From assembly GCA_965644295.1 (NCBI GenBank), contig CBFFRP010000319.1, positions 1 through 64,000 of the forward strand: a stretch of DNA of 64,000 nucleotides, read 5' to 3'. Both the position numbers and the translations under genes were made by a program. The notes under the pieces were generated by a model. The model was not told the DNA's origin, searched no databases, and saw nothing but the letters and a program-made list of their open reading frames with translations. This stretch comes from Paraphysomonas bandaiensis. Its lineage: Eukaryota > Protista > Chrysophyceae. Shown here one piece after another: positions 39,098 to 53,410 of this stretch (position 1 is its first letter; every line of letters begins with the position of its first letter).

Positions 39098-40556
39098 TTA
39101 CAATCTGCTGCTTTTCGTCACAAGATCCAGAACTGCATCCCGAAGTTCACAGAAATCCTCCATAGTATTGTACACAGCTGCAGACAAACGCAAATAGAGT
39201 CTGTCACCAGGTACCGGGTACAACTTCTGCACAACAATACCCTTCTCCCGCAGAGCCACACGCAATTTCTCGCTGTCTACCCATGAGTCACCTAACTCCC
39301 GTGGACACCCTACCATTCCCATTGACCCGCATAAATTTTTGGGAAGTATGTAATCAGTAGTTCCCCAGGCCTTTCCCAGCATGTGCATAGCTTGTACACA
39401 AAGCTCATGATTTCGCCGTGCCACCACTTCCACTCCACCTATAGATTCTAGAAACGCCACGGCTGCCGGGACCGCTAGCATTGCAGAGTAGTCCTTCGTG
39501 CCAAGCATTGCACACTCCGCAAAAAGCCCCATGCCATAGTTATGCGAAATTATGGGGTGATGCAGGGTGTTTCTCAGTGGTGTAGTGGGGGAAATCCAGA
39601 GAAAGGCCGCAGCTGTCGGAGCGAAGCACCATTTGTGGAGATTCGCCATATAATAATCCGCTCCCAGACTTGGGACGACCTCCAAATTTAACTGGCCAGG
39701 AGCATGGGCACCATCCACAACCACCTGAGTCCATGAACTGAAATCAATATAGAAACGTCATTTTTATACAAAATGCTTGCACGAACCTCTTCCACGCCGT
39801 GCTCCCTACACAAAGCGACAATTTCCTTCACAGGCATAATCATTGTTGGAAGAGAAGATATATGATCCAACAACGCCATTGCTATTCGCTTCTTACTACT
39901 GGACAATCTGCTGAGAGTATTTCTATACGCCGATAGTATTATATCATTGGCTTTATCTCCATCCAGAATGGGAAATGGAATGTCGACAACCTCTACAGTG
40001 ATAAGATGTTCGACAGCGCGATTGGACACAATACTACAGCAGTGGCGAATGGCCTTATAAACTGCAGGGTATGTAAAGTTTGAAACAACGATTACCACGT
40101 TGCTATCTGCAATATTTGCTATAGTCCCATACGCAACTGAAGCAAATGCAACCGTTAGGTTTTCTACGATAAATATATTATCTGCTTGGCTTCTATCACT
40201 CCCCATCAAAGATGCGACTGCATCACGTGATGCTTTGAATTTATCGTCTAAAGTGTACCAAAAGTCATCTGATGGCAACTCATTATCTGGATAAAGCAGC
40301 TTTGATCTGAAATATTCAGTCATACCTGGATTCTCGTACCACTTTTGCTGTAGATCATGCTGAGCTTTCAACACATAGTCAGGACAAGATCCAAATGAAC
40401 CGTTATTAAGTCCTACAATAAACAAACAACAATCCATTATAAAACTTCATTATATTATTGTAATTATTATTTACGTGTGATGTTAGTTTTATGCAGTTGA
40501 AACTGAGATGCCTTCAGATTAACACCAAAGCCTGACTCCATTTCAATCCTATCCAT
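39098..40556 (-). CDS. Class V PLP enzyme (isopenicillin N epimerase / L-cysteine desulfhydrase / Egt2-like), C-terminal SRL
   Basis: LNNGSFGSCP, LDHISS, VDGAHAPG, ANLHKW (PLP lysine), GTKDY, RLSAAVYN; several short introns. Confidence 0.88.
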
Positions 40557-41084
40557 GATCATCTTTACTGCACTTGATCATCAGACTGTAGAGGTGATCA
40601 GTGGAATTACTTTGACATCTATGAGAAGATTGTGTCATGTGGTCGGCTCTGATGCACATGGCAAGCCATATGATAGAATTCTAGGAACAGGACAGCGATA
40701 TCTATTCCTCTAGGATATATACGTATTTCAACTGCTGTATGCTGCTGTATACATATGTTTTGTAGGTAGGTAGGTATGGACGTTGTATGTATGGGCGGTA
40801 TAGGTATGTACATAGGTACTGCTGTATGCACTACTCTGTAGATAGGTACTGCTGTATGCACGTACTGCTGTAGGTACACGTACTGTAGGTAGGTACTGCT
40901 GTATGTATGATGTATGATGTATGTATGTTGGTACTGCTGTGGGTAGGTATGAGGTGCATATTCTTTCGTTTATTCTCTATGGTACATGTATATGTCCGTA
41001 TCAAGTGGTTGCTGTGGTGTTGATCATACTTCAGTGTCGTTGGTATTTAGACCTGACATTGTCTTGCGATAACTTTCTTATATA

Positions 41085-44000
41085 ATGGGTGATGATTTTG
41101 AGGAACAACTTCAGGCTCTTTCTCAAATAGAAGACCTGAAAAAAGAGTATGAGTCTCTATTGTTGTTACGTGAATCCAACTCTCCCATTAAAGCAGAAGA
41201 TAGCAGAAAACAACATGATTGCAGTCGTTTAAAATCAGATTTAAAAAAAACTACTGCATTTGTTAAAAAAGTTCGTGCTATTAATGCCGAGGGTCTCTTA
41301 CAGTGCATACGTGATGTTCAGTCTCTAAATTTAACGAAATATATAAGTGAAATCGTATCTGCTATCGTAGAAACAAATTTTAAAGCAACTGATGTTCCTA
41401 ATGTCATTAAACTTTGCAATGAACTTCATCTTAGGTATGATGATTTCACAAGTCCGCTGTTGTGTGGGCTCAAAGATTCCTTGCTGAGTTCTTCCGATGA
41501 TGACTCGGGGAAGAAAAAACGAATTCAGCTGAGAATGATGATGGAGCTATATCAGATAGGGTTGTTCCGCGAAGAAAATTTCTTTAGTCAACTTTTGCTT
41601 GTCTTAACGGGAAAAACCGCTTCACAGTAAGGCCAGAGCGATTGACAAGTGCTGTTGTAACAATGTTGTTTACGCAGTCAAACGGTGGATCTTGCTGGTC
41701 TCGTTACCTTTGTGAAGTATGGATCTGAGATTTTAATGGGGTATCACCCCCGAAGGTGCGTTATACTTCGGTGTGTGCAATATCGTTATGCTGAGTGTGC
41801 AGACATCATGTGTTGGCCCAACAAGCCGGGAAAGCCGTCAGCGATATACCAACCAAAATCTTAGCATCTCCTAGGCTATGTAACGAACTCCAGATGCAGC
41901 TCACTGCGGTGACTGATAAACTTGCGGAGGACCTAGTAAAGGCTCACAAGGAGCTACGAACTAAAGAAAAGAAAAGTGAGAAGGATAAGCAGATACACGG
42001 CAGGTATGTGTAGGTTTACGTGATAATCGTACAAGATAGCACATTTCAGACTATTGGCGTAGTTGTATTGGATCTGTATATATAATGGAATAGGCATGTA
42101 TTTATGGTTTTGCAACACAGCCTTAGCGACCAGAAGGCCACGGAACTAGAAATGGCCAAGCGTTTATTCGAGAAGCTGCTCTCTTCCCTGTCTTCCATTT
42201 CTGATTGTACAGGACTCGATCTGGTACCACAGCTACAAGAGGAAGAAGAGAGCACGGATGGGTCAGGTGGAATTTCTCTTTGGGAAGGAGCTGGGGGAGC
42301 AGGGGCGGATTATGGTCCATGGGGAGACGCGGAGACGAAGGCTTTTTATGAGGAGCTCCCGGATTTGCTTGTTATGGTACCTCTTGCGGCATTAGGGCTC
42401 ACACCCGAGCAGGTATTGCGATTCCAAATTAAGAGGTGTAGTAAACTATAATTTCTAATTAAAATAATTACGCAATGTACGATGACATCAGTTATTGCTA
42501 CTTATCTCTAGTGATTGTGTTAACCCAGTGCTCCATTTATCGCACCCATGATAATTTTTTTGTGGTTTAGGCAGCAGAGATAAAAGAAAAGTGGAAGTCC
42601 TCGAAAGAAAGGCAGGCGATGGGCGATGGAGACAATACTATACCAGAGGAATCTAGTGTATCTGACGAAGTGGAGAAAGAAAAAGTCGGTGACACTGAAA
42701 TGGAGCGAGTGGTTCAACTGCAAGACACTGAAGAAGAGGAATCGGAGCAGAAATCTTTTACTGAAGATGAGGGGGACAGAGAAGAAAGTGGAGATGCCGC
42801 TGGTATATCTATGCACAATAAGCTGATGACATTACTCCAGGAAAAGCTTCCAGAAGCCATCAATCGACAAAAAGCAGATGAATTTTGTGTTAGCTTTTGC
42901 TACTGCAACACAAAGAAAGCCAGGAAGCACTTAGTGAGTTCCCTCCTCCGTGTTCCCCGAACTCGCTTTGAGTTGATTCCGACTTATGCTAGAATTGCTG
43001 CCTCTCTTGCCCGCATTTACCCAGATATCGTCCCTCCTTTACTGGATGGACTGCATAAGGAGTTTCACGGGATATTCAAAACGAAGCACCAGTCGCATAT
43101 CGAAAGCAAAATCAAGAACATTCGATTCATAGGGGAGCTAGTCAAGTTTGGCGTAGCCCCCCCGATAATGGCATTCCGCATATTCAAAAAATTCTTTCAG
43201 GATTTTTTACATCATAATATTGAATTATGTGCCACATTACTAGAGACCTGCGGCCGATATCTCTATTTAGCACCCTATACTCACGAGAGACTGGACAAAG
43301 TTTTAGAGACTGTGATTCGACTACGTCGTGCCAAGAACCTGGACTTCCGTCAACAGACGGCACTGGAGGCTGCGTATTTTGCTGTAAAACCACCCGAGAG
43401 GGCAGAAAAAAAGAAGAAGGAGTACAGTGATGTCCAACTCTACACCCGCTACCTCATATTTGAAAAACTGAGCAAGAAGAGTGTTGATGGTGTTATTCGC
43501 CAACTACGCAAGCTTCCATGGGGGGATCCTGTGGAAGATATTGAGCGCATAGTTGTCAAAGCTACTCTCAAATTGTCCCGTCTCAAATATACTAACGTGC
43601 CTTTGGCAACGGATTGTTTGAGTGGCTTGTCGAAGTATCACCCAAACACTGTGGTTCGACTTGTTGACACCGTGTTTGAAGAACTCTCTCGTGGTTTGGA
43701 GGCTCCACACAAGAGAGAACAGCAGCGCATGATAAGCTACGTTCGACTAATTGCAGAATTGTATAACTTCTCTGCGTTGTCTTCTTCAACCGTATTTGAT
43801 GCGATGTACATGATTCTGTCCTATGGCTATCACGAGGACCCCGTCGCAGTTGGTTCTGTAGGTGGCAACAACACTGTTGTGTCACTGGAGACAATATTCA
43901 AGCCTAAGAGATTCGATACCCGTCGCCCATGTGAGATTGATGCGCCCTATGATTGTTTCCGAATTCAGCTGCTCTGTGAGCTTATCCAAGGATGTGGAAT

Positions 44001-45402
44001 GTATTTTGTTCGTGGAATAGCGAAAGTAAAACTCGATCAGTTTCTCATGTATTTTCAAAAGTATTTGCTCTGCAAACCCAGTCTGCCGTCCCACATCGAA
44101 TTTTCTGTCTTGGACATGTTTGATAACCTGGAAATGTATGCGCATGAAGCCATGAAGAAAGAGAGGTCTAAGGGTGGCAAGGGCAAGAAAGAGGTAGTGA
44201 GCACAGAAGTATGCTTCAAACGCTACACTTCTCTAGAGGAGGTATCTGCAGCGGTACACGAGTTAGAAGAGAAGCAAGATCAGGATGAAAGGGAGAGACG
44301 TACTCGTACCGGTGAAATGGGCATGTCGCCTGATATGCATGGGGATGAAGAAGATTATGGTGACGATGGGGAGGACGAAGGAGAAGGAGACGATGATAGC
44401 CATGGCCGAAGGGGTGGTCGCAGTGCGGAGAGCCTTCATGATGACGATGAGGAGGAGGACGATGAAGACGAAGAGGAAGAAGAATTTGATGATAGTGGTG
44501 ATATCGCACGAGCGGAGGCAGCTCGTATGCTTGAGCGCATGCGTGCGGTTGAAGAGGACGAAGAATTCGAAAAAGCATTTAAGAGCCTTATGCTGGAAAG
44601 TGTGGAGGGAGTCAAACCTGCAGTTGGTACGGTACGATCTGGCACTGTAGACCGAATGGCGATGCCAGCCTTCCTACCTCGTCCGAAAAATATAGTATCA
44701 TCATCAGAACATAGAGAGAATGACAGTGATGAAGGCAGTGATGATGACGATGATGACGACGACAATGAGAAGAACGGACCTACCACGAAAGAAAAAATGC
44801 AGTTTAAGTTGCTGGGGAGGGACGCTAAAGGAAGAGTGGAGACTCGTCAGATATTGATACCCAAAGACAACAAAATCGCACTTAAAGTTCAGCAGGCTGG
44901 AGAAGCACAACGGCTGGAAAAAGAAAAACTTAAGGAAAAGGTGTTGCTGTATGAAAGTATGCAGAGTGTTGATGGTCAGTACTACGGATCAAGTGTAAAC
45001 AACACTAATCCGGTGGAATATTTGGGAAACAAAGACCATTTTTCCAAATCTCCGAGTCAACCAATTATAGAAAGTAATCGCTGGAAATCTAGTGGTGGAG
45101 CAGGGAAGACATCATCCTCTGCTCCCGCAACATCTGCCTCCTCGGGAAATACTTTGAATTTGAGTGAGTTCTTAGCTGAGTCCAGTGCGGCCGAAGCAAG
45201 ACGTTTCAATACAGCTGGAAGGGGGACTGTTGGAAGTGCAGTGGCGGCCACAGTCACCGGAGGGCGAGGTGGAAGGGGTGCTGGGGACCATGGCAGAGGG
45301 TACAAAGGAGGGGAGCATGGGAGGAGTGGAGGATATCGTGGAGGGTACCGAGGTGGCTACAGAGGAGGGGGAAGAGGAGGTGCTGGTGGGAGAGCTGGGT
45401 GA
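41085..45402 (+). CDS. UPF2: Nonsense-mediated decay factor UPF2 (MIF4G domains), multi-exon
   Basis: LKSDLKKTTAFVKK, LNLTKYISEIV, FYEELPDL, FIGELVKF, LLETCGRYL, LRKLPW, acidic region, RGG tail. Confidence 0.95.
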
Positions 45403-46432
45403 CTTTGTTGTGTCCCTTCTATGTTAGTTTAACGCTTTCCCTGTACCTTTTTGGTTCGTACAAGCATAGGTATTGGTAGTGTAGAATAGACGTATTATTT
45501 GTAGATTTTCTCTGCCATGATTCGTGGACTGCCGTTGTTACTTCAGTTTGTATTACAGATCTGGGAGAGGCTACGTACATCATGTGCGGTAAATTTGCAT
45601 ACGTCTTTCTGTAGCCCTACATATACTATATATGTTCTTGTTTTAATCCTGGCTTCTTCAGTATTTCCTAAAGTCTTGAAGGGGAATTAGATTTTGTACC
45701 TATCTTGCACAGTGAAGTTTCCATAGTTCCTTGTGCCATTGTTCATTTTCTAATTAAGAACTCAAATAATGTTCGGGGTAATAGTACAGTTCATTTACTA
45801 CATTTCGCAAACAGATATTCGTAGAGTATTTGTTGAGTGTCAACTGGGGATACAAATAAGAATATCCAGATTATTCTGATATGACGTGAAGCCACTCAGT
45901 GTTAGTCCTGCAGTTATACGCCTTGTTGAGTTCTGTAGTATGATGCAATACAGTATATTGTGCAGTTGAAGTGAGTTCATAGTGTGCAATAGCTGAAATC
46001 AACGTATAGGTATAACGGGTAACGGGTGAATATAGTTACAAAGGAAGTAAATTCAGTTACTGCTGCCTGATTTATGACTACCATATATACGTTATAGGAT
46101 TGCTGTTATCAACAGGATATAACAACACATCCCAGGTAAAGTGTTGACGTTACTGCTTTACAGGAATATCAGGACTACTGTACTAACAGATAACAATTGA
46201 TGCCATTCATTACGTAATTAATACTTGCGCCGTAAAAGTATGTCCTAAAAGTAGCTGAAATATAAGTAGAATAAAAACAAAAAAACAAATCGATACACAG
46301 TTCAGTTCGGCATTCCTATGTCATTTTTACAACTGCTTCACGCGTATGCTCTTCTAGTTTATATAGAGGCAACGCAAGAGCTGCAACTTCGGTCACATCA
46401 GTTACCAACTAAACCATACAAAAATGGCAATT

Positions 46433-49400
46433 TTACAAGGTATTATTACTTTTGCGAAGCTTCTTGTACAGTTCTATTAACACGAACGCATCCAGAGCGG
46501 CATAAGCTATCTGCTCGCTACACAGTGGGCGCAATTGCCAATCTGATGTCTGCATCGATTTATCTAGCCGGTAGCCCAGGACTTCTTTACACAAAGTCGC
46601 CAAACCTGCCCCACAAGTACTATAACTAGATATCTCATGCACCCCTTCTATGCATTGATAGTGATGAGAATCGGGAAAACTTTCTCTCAAGCGATTTACA
46701 TCTCCACTCAACTTATATCCTGTGTGCACAACAGTAGTTAGCAATGCAGACGAAAATCCACTATATACTAATTGCACCTAGTTTTAAAATATTTCGGTCC
46801 GATAGTAACCTCGACATAAGGCCTGCATAGGAATGTTGAATATCGGTTCGTTTTGATTCTCCAAACAGGCTACCGCTGTCAGTATCATCACACGAGCCGC
46901 AACTATTAGTGGATGTCCAAGCAGGCTCCAGAACCATTAGATCGAATATAAATACAACTTTCGGAGATGCCACCTGAAGGAGACTACACTTGTTCGCATG
47001 ACCGTGTCCAAACGGTCTCCACTCTACATCCAAAGCTATAACTCTTCCATCGTCACAAGTTTGTGTGTCTTTCTCCAGAGCTCTAGCAGCATGCATGAGT
47101 GTTTCCATATCATTCACAATAACCACCTCTACTCCATACACGTCAATCGTAAGTAGCGGCAGGAGATTGTCGCCATCAGCACCAAATTCTGCATCCAATT
47201 TCTTATCAGAGGGGACAGCGAAGAGCTTCTCAGATGGTTGCAGAAGACTTCCGAACTCGTCTTCGAACACCTGAAATCGACATAAAACTTTCGTGGCAAT
47301 ACTCTCTGCATGCTGATTTATTAACAGACGGCATATACGTCGACATGCTTCCACTTTGCTACAACGATCGCCGATATATGTTGTGAGTGCCATCCAATTT
47401 AACTCAATATCCTGCACGCAATGTCGTACAAGAAGTTCCTCTAACCTACTGACATCCAATGCACTATGGATATCAAACTGCTTTACAATTTGTACAATCT
47501 TCACTGGAGTTGCTTTATTTTTCTCCAGATACAGGACTAAGGTCCGAGACAACTCCGTTTTAAAGTCCTCTTCCGCTGCTGCATTACCACAGCAACGAAG
47601 GGTGTATTTGTAAACCTCTTTGAGGGCTTCCAGACATGGTAAGCTACATTCGACACTAGTCATCAAAGTTCGTAATAGAGAATACGTGAGTACAGGAGAA
47701 GGACTATGGCCTGGGACAGTTTTAGAGAGACTTTGTAGGATAGTTCCTAATAGCTTCCCTTGTTGTTTGGTTGATAATACTAACAAATCCAGAGAGCGAA
47801 GTGCGGCGCAAAGAAATTCCCCTCTCTCCTCTTCAGAAGGTAACTTGAAAACAGAGCGAGCCACAGCATCATGTACTCGCATCTTCTCCTCCTTGGAACG
47901 AATACAAATCATGAGAGCCCACACGTGTTGCAGATACACAGTCATTAGAAGGGTTCGGTTGTTACATACCCTAAACTGTGTTACGTACTGATCAAGTATC
48001 TGGTCACAACATTCCTCGCACGTGGACTCGATCACCCTCCCACTATGTGAATTCGGTTCGTATGTGGAAAATACACCACGAAGATCGTTCAAATATGGGC
48101 CCAAACCCAAAGGCTCACATACATCATTTCCCAACCCGCTGAATTGTGCTGTGGTCAATAGATATTCGACCAATTGGCGTTTGGTTTCGCAAAGTTTGAC
48201 TGCACCTGTGCGCAAGAACCCTCTGTAAGGGAGCGAGGTCATAGCACTGGACACAGCCATCTGAGACGTACCATCGACAAAACAAGCTAGCAGTTCCAAA
48301 GTAATTGAGTAAATGAATGCAAAAGGCGGTAGGTAACCATGCAACTGCCACTCAGCAATGAAGTCAAATGCTGCAGGTATGTTCTGCAGGCTGCAAGCGG
48401 CAGAAAAACATATCATAACAAAATCTAGTCTGTCTGCTTGTACGGTCAATGCAACTGCTGAACGCAATACCTCGTGCTGGGACTGTGATAGCAATAGTAC
48501 CAGCATTTCAATTCCTTCCGGTCGGCCAAGAATAGCACACGATTCCATAAGAGGAAGCACAAGGTCCACAAGGGTCTTACTCCTACTTTCAACACAAACA
48601 CTTCCTGTGGTGATAGTGTCCATACATCCGACGATATCATTAAGAATTTTCTCCGCGTTAGCCAAATCGCCTCCTAATCCTCTCATCAGCCCAATTACTG
48701 TATCCCACTGAGGAATAATTCCTTTACTACGTAAAAGGAGGTAGGCTGATGTTGCTCTTTCTGAATCCCCACAGTGAAGGAATCCTCCAGCAATGAAATG
48801 CAAAAAAGGAGAGTCAAAGTCAACATCACTTTCCACTGCAACACAGAGAAGATCCCAGGCCTTTTGGGAACAGTGGGAGTGAAAAAAACCATCAAGAGCT
48901 GCTTCATAAGTGAATTGGGTAGGTGTTAAATGGATAACTGGGGGCACGTCAAGTTCAGGTAGTCCAACCTGACTCACCTCCACCATACGACTAACAATAA
49001 AACAAATCTGATCACTCCATTTACGCTTGCGGCATTGATGTAACAGCGTTACAAAGTCATTTTCTGTGAGTTGGGAGCAGTCCTCCGGTTCGAGACGATC
49101 TAAGAGCTTCCCAATGTCATGAAGGATCACAGACGCACGCAAACTCTCTGGTGCATCTGGACCAAGACATCCTGCGTATAGCTTCTTCTCAGACAAATTT
49201 GCATCTTTAATGTCTACGTATCGTTTGATATACTCACTGAGACCTGATAAGCGCTCCGTGTCTATCGCTTTAACATCTGTAAGCAAATCCACATATTCAC
49301 CAACTTCCGAATACTCGCTCCTGTGTCGATAATAATACTTGGACACTATATCGAGGGTGAGACTTGTCCACTCGATTTTCTCGGACTGCATGTCCCGTAA

Positions 49401-50097
49401 AACATGAAGCAGTCCTTTCAAATTACCTAATCTCACAAATGCAGACAAAGCTGCATTGTAAATGGATATGACTACTTTACCATCTGCATCTCCGATCTGT
49501 GCACCGTTGTGTGCACTGACAAGAGAATGTGCATCGTTGAGAAGGACATAAACTTTTTCCACAGCAACATCCTTGTCATCCAAATTACTTACAACTCGTA
49601 TCAGCGTAACAAAAGTTACTACATTAGGTAGGTTTTTCCCTCCATGTATCATGTCTTTGTACATGTCAAATGCAAGGTTGAAATTGCCATTCCGTCCAAC
49701 GACATCAAGAAGTGCAGTTAGAGTGAACACGTCAGGCTCGTAACCGTCAGATACCATACAATCATAAGCTTTAAGTGCTATACAGTGATCATTGTTTCGT
49801 TGGCACATTGTGATAATCGTGTTGTATGCATATTTCGGTTGTATATGCGGCTGTCGTGATACACCTAATGAACTATCACCTGTACACATTGAGAGGCCAT
49901 CACATATAATACAATAAACTACCTTTCTCTTTAACAAGTATCATCCATTGAACATATTCAAATGCTTTTGTTGGATTAAAATGTTTGCTACCATTCTTCA
50001 TCCACTTAAATATGGGCCGCAAGAAGTCTCTTGTATCAGCTTTACTATTTCTAAGTATATCCACCACCCCAGATGATAGGGAGTCCTTGTGCCACAT
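46433..50097 (-). CDS. PPR-repeat protein fused to a DEDDy 3'-5' exonuclease (Mut-7/EXD3-like)
   Basis: PPR motifs (YNTIITMC..GYEPDVFTLTALLD..PNVVTFVTLI); ExoI ALDVEWRP, LQVAS, ExoIII DWQLRPL..QIAYAALDA; start codon uncertain. Confidence 0.85.
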
Positions 50098-50818
50098 CTC
50101 TTCTTCACCATATAGTGAATAAGATTAAATAATAGTCTGAAGATTGTGTGTGTGTTATATGAGAGATATCTATGCTATGAGGAATGTGTGTGTGTTGTTA
50201 TAGTGATCTATATACATATATATGTATACTGCTGCTGCTGCTGCTGTATATGTATGGGGTATGAGGTATGCTGGTATACCGGTATACGCTTCCTGGTGTT
50301 CCTACCCACAAGAAAAATATGTAGAATGCACTGTATATTCTACATCGTATTCTACTATACAGATATTACGATATACCACAGACCACTGTAGGAGTTCCTA
50401 CATCTATCCGTATGTCGTATATATCAATATATGCACTCTTATTTTCAGTTTATTGGTTGTACTGATGTTGAAGAAGATATGAGTGGAATTAGGTAGGAGT
50501 TTTTCATACCATGAATATGGTAAAAATGACCGAAATTTGATGATCTTTTTGCCATTTTTCAGTAAGAATTAAGTAGCATCTTGAGTGGCCATTATATTTG
50601 AATGGATATTCGTTGATGAGAAATTAGATACTCTATCTACCAGTATATTATCAGATCATCTCGGGGGTCGACTTATTGTATATAATTCTCAATTCAACGG
50701 AAATATATACATTAAGTAAGTTATTTTAGAACATTTGTATTATTCAAGTGTTTGTTGTTTTATTTCATTGTATTATATATAGATGCGTATTTGTTTAAAC
50801 AATCGATAGCAAGAAATA

Positions 50819-52916
50819 ATGTGCAGTGAAGAAACAGATATTCTGTTCTATGAGAGAAGATTCTTTGATGTCTTCAATAAATATGCTGCTGATCATCCAT
50901 CAATGACAGTAGATCCAAAACAAAATTTATTGAGCTTATGTCTTGAACATCTTATTCCTTTTGCTCTATGGGCAAGAAAGGATGAAGATACCAGCACTTC
51001 TATTCATCGTACGTTAATGGGAAATGCTGATTTGCGTCCTGAAGTACGGAATGGACTGGCTCTTATAGTGATATACGTGTTTTCAGCTGCTAAGAAATAT
51101 CTTGCTGGTGGTAACACCGATATGTTTGCTATACTTCTCGATTCCGAGAACGGTCTTGGTATTGTAAATAAGACTTCACTGAAAATATATAATGACCCTT
51201 ATAGCTACTTTGAATTTATCAAGGTAAATATAAATTTTCTCAATATTTATCTAAACTAGTGTGTTTAAGAGCTGCATATCGGGTCTTATTTATGCAAAGG
51301 CCATTCCTGAAAATGAGAGACAGAACCGGGTATGGTACTGCTTATTGTGCTACTTGCGCATTTACTGAATGATAATGTAATCATAGCCAAAAAAAGCACG
51401 GCAACTTATCCAAAGCACAGGGGAGGTGGAACACTATAGCACTCTGTCCAACCAGCTGATCAATCTTCTGCGTGCTGGTAGACACGACACAGCACGTGTT
51501 CTGGTCAAACAAGTCCTCCTTCTTTGGCAAAGAAACAAAAATGTATGTCGTGTTCTCGTCGTTTATTTTCTTGCATTTTTATAACAATTGATGTAAATAT
51601 TCCCGTACTATTATATTTCATCCTTGCTATTGTAGAGCGTTCGAGACACCAGGTTCAAATTTGCTGTTGCATTCATGAATGCAGCTATGTGCCACCTTAC
51701 GAAGTCAGCTTCTTCACAAGACTTGTTAGGTTATGACACAATATTCGATGACGAAGAAAATGGGGATGTTGCAATGATGGACCTGTTATCTGCGTCAGTC
51801 GACTTCGCACCATCCGCATGTAAGAGCCACTCCCTTGAAGGGGGATTCCTTTCCGAGCAGCCAAGTAAAATTCCTCGTACGGATTCTCAATCTTATGCTG
51901 CAACTGGCGCGTACCCTCCACCGGCATCAGTAGCCACTACTGTAGATGCGTACTCTTCGCGTGACTTTTCTTCCGGGGCGGCCTCAAGTGTACCGGTCGC
52001 CCAGCCAATGGTGTATGTGAATGATGGTATGTCACATCCAGCACTGCAAATCATGCGCTTTGAGAGGAGCAGTGCAATTTCGTGGAATATATCTGTCACC
52101 AAGGTGTATAATGCTTCGAGTCTTTTGGATTCTAATCCTCGTAGCTCCGTATATTTAGTGGACGAGCAGATGCTGCCGGTAGAGGAATGGCAGGGTCGCC
52201 GAATCACTTGCAGGACATCTAATTGTAAAGTAGCACTGACTACGGAACTAGAGGCGAGAAACTGCTTGATCACTCGGTGGTCATCGGACGAACATGACCA
52301 GCTTCTACACTTGATAGCTGACTGGGGAAATGCTGTTAATAGATCCATGGCAACATCATCAGATGTATCAGCTACCTCTCTGATATCCGTTTGGAGCTCT
52401 GGGGTATTACCTATTCAATCTCGTCTCCACTCATCGGGCATATTAGCTTATGAAGTAACACCAATGGAAGGATTGGTAGTGCGGGCATGCCCTGAACTGG
52501 GGTTGGTCGAGGACGTATGGCGATTTATGTACTCCGATGATTTCGTGCCGCCCCAAACTTCTCACGTGCCCACTTGCGGTGATTTTCTCTCGGCTCTGTT
52601 TCCTCAGATAAGTGCCGCCGTGCAGCGTGTCTTATCCTGTGGCGTAAGCGCAGACGTCACAGTGAAGTACGCTTCTCACCCGGCTTCCAGCGAGGATGAA
52701 GTGTCGAAGCGCAATACGGCACCTACTATGCTGAGTGCAGCCGCGTATCAGACCGTGGGTTCATTGTTGACGCCTGCTAGCGATATCATTGCCAGGTACT
52801 GTTGCGAAACTATTGAAATTGGTGTTGTAATGTTTTTGATCAGGTACGACTGTCATAGATATGTTTTCCACGATGTTGTACTAGTACCCATTGCGCCTCC
52901 GGCAAAATATATATAG
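50819..52916 (+). CDS. Hypothetical protein, multi-exon
   Basis: 146-aa and 413-aa ORFs on the same strand separated by GT-AG intron-like segments; no recognised motif. Confidence 0.55.
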
Positions 52917-53367
52917 TTTGAATTTATGAACTGAGCTGAGTGGAGCAAACTTGTCGCTGTCACTTTGTACGCATCTGTCAACATGACGTCAGTTTTTTAT
53001 TGTGTTGTGAGCATTTCTTCTGGATATGCAATTTCTGATTTTAATGCTCACTCGGCATCCGCCTGAATATGGCTGAAAGAATAGTGTACTCTATTATACG
53101 CTGCAAGACTTGCATCGTATTCTTCCCTATACACTACTGAATTCCTCATAGAACATCATTTCAATAGTATTATTAATTTCAATATTATTTCCGTAGCATT
53201 TTAGGTGTAGTACTCTTGATTTCTATCGATGGTATTCCTTTAAAACATCTAACTGCTAATGAGTAAAGTTGCACAAATAGCTAATAATTATCACTTATAA
53301 TTGTCAATTTTATGCTGTGCAGTTGTCTTTTGAAAAGTGCAAGGAAAGCTAACATACTACTACTGAG

Positions 53368-53410
53368 CAGGGATGCGTAACAATTAATTGAATTGCAATT
53401 AATTGGTAAC
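53368..53410 (+). repeat. Solo hAT-family TIR
   Basis: CAGGGATGCGTAACAATTAATT matches the TIR of the 19826-19942 MITE. Confidence 0.75.

Noticed and set aside
6338-40556. DODA, PhyH, 4CL-like and PLP enzymes as a biosynthetic gene cluster
   Set aside because: Scattered over 34 kb among housekeeping genes, with different predicted compartments and no scaffold synthase.
42626-45427. Overlapping and antisense ORFs within UPF2 (similar ones lie in Copia pol, the PPR gene and the transposase)
   Set aside because: Shadow frames of real coding sequence with no independent motifs.
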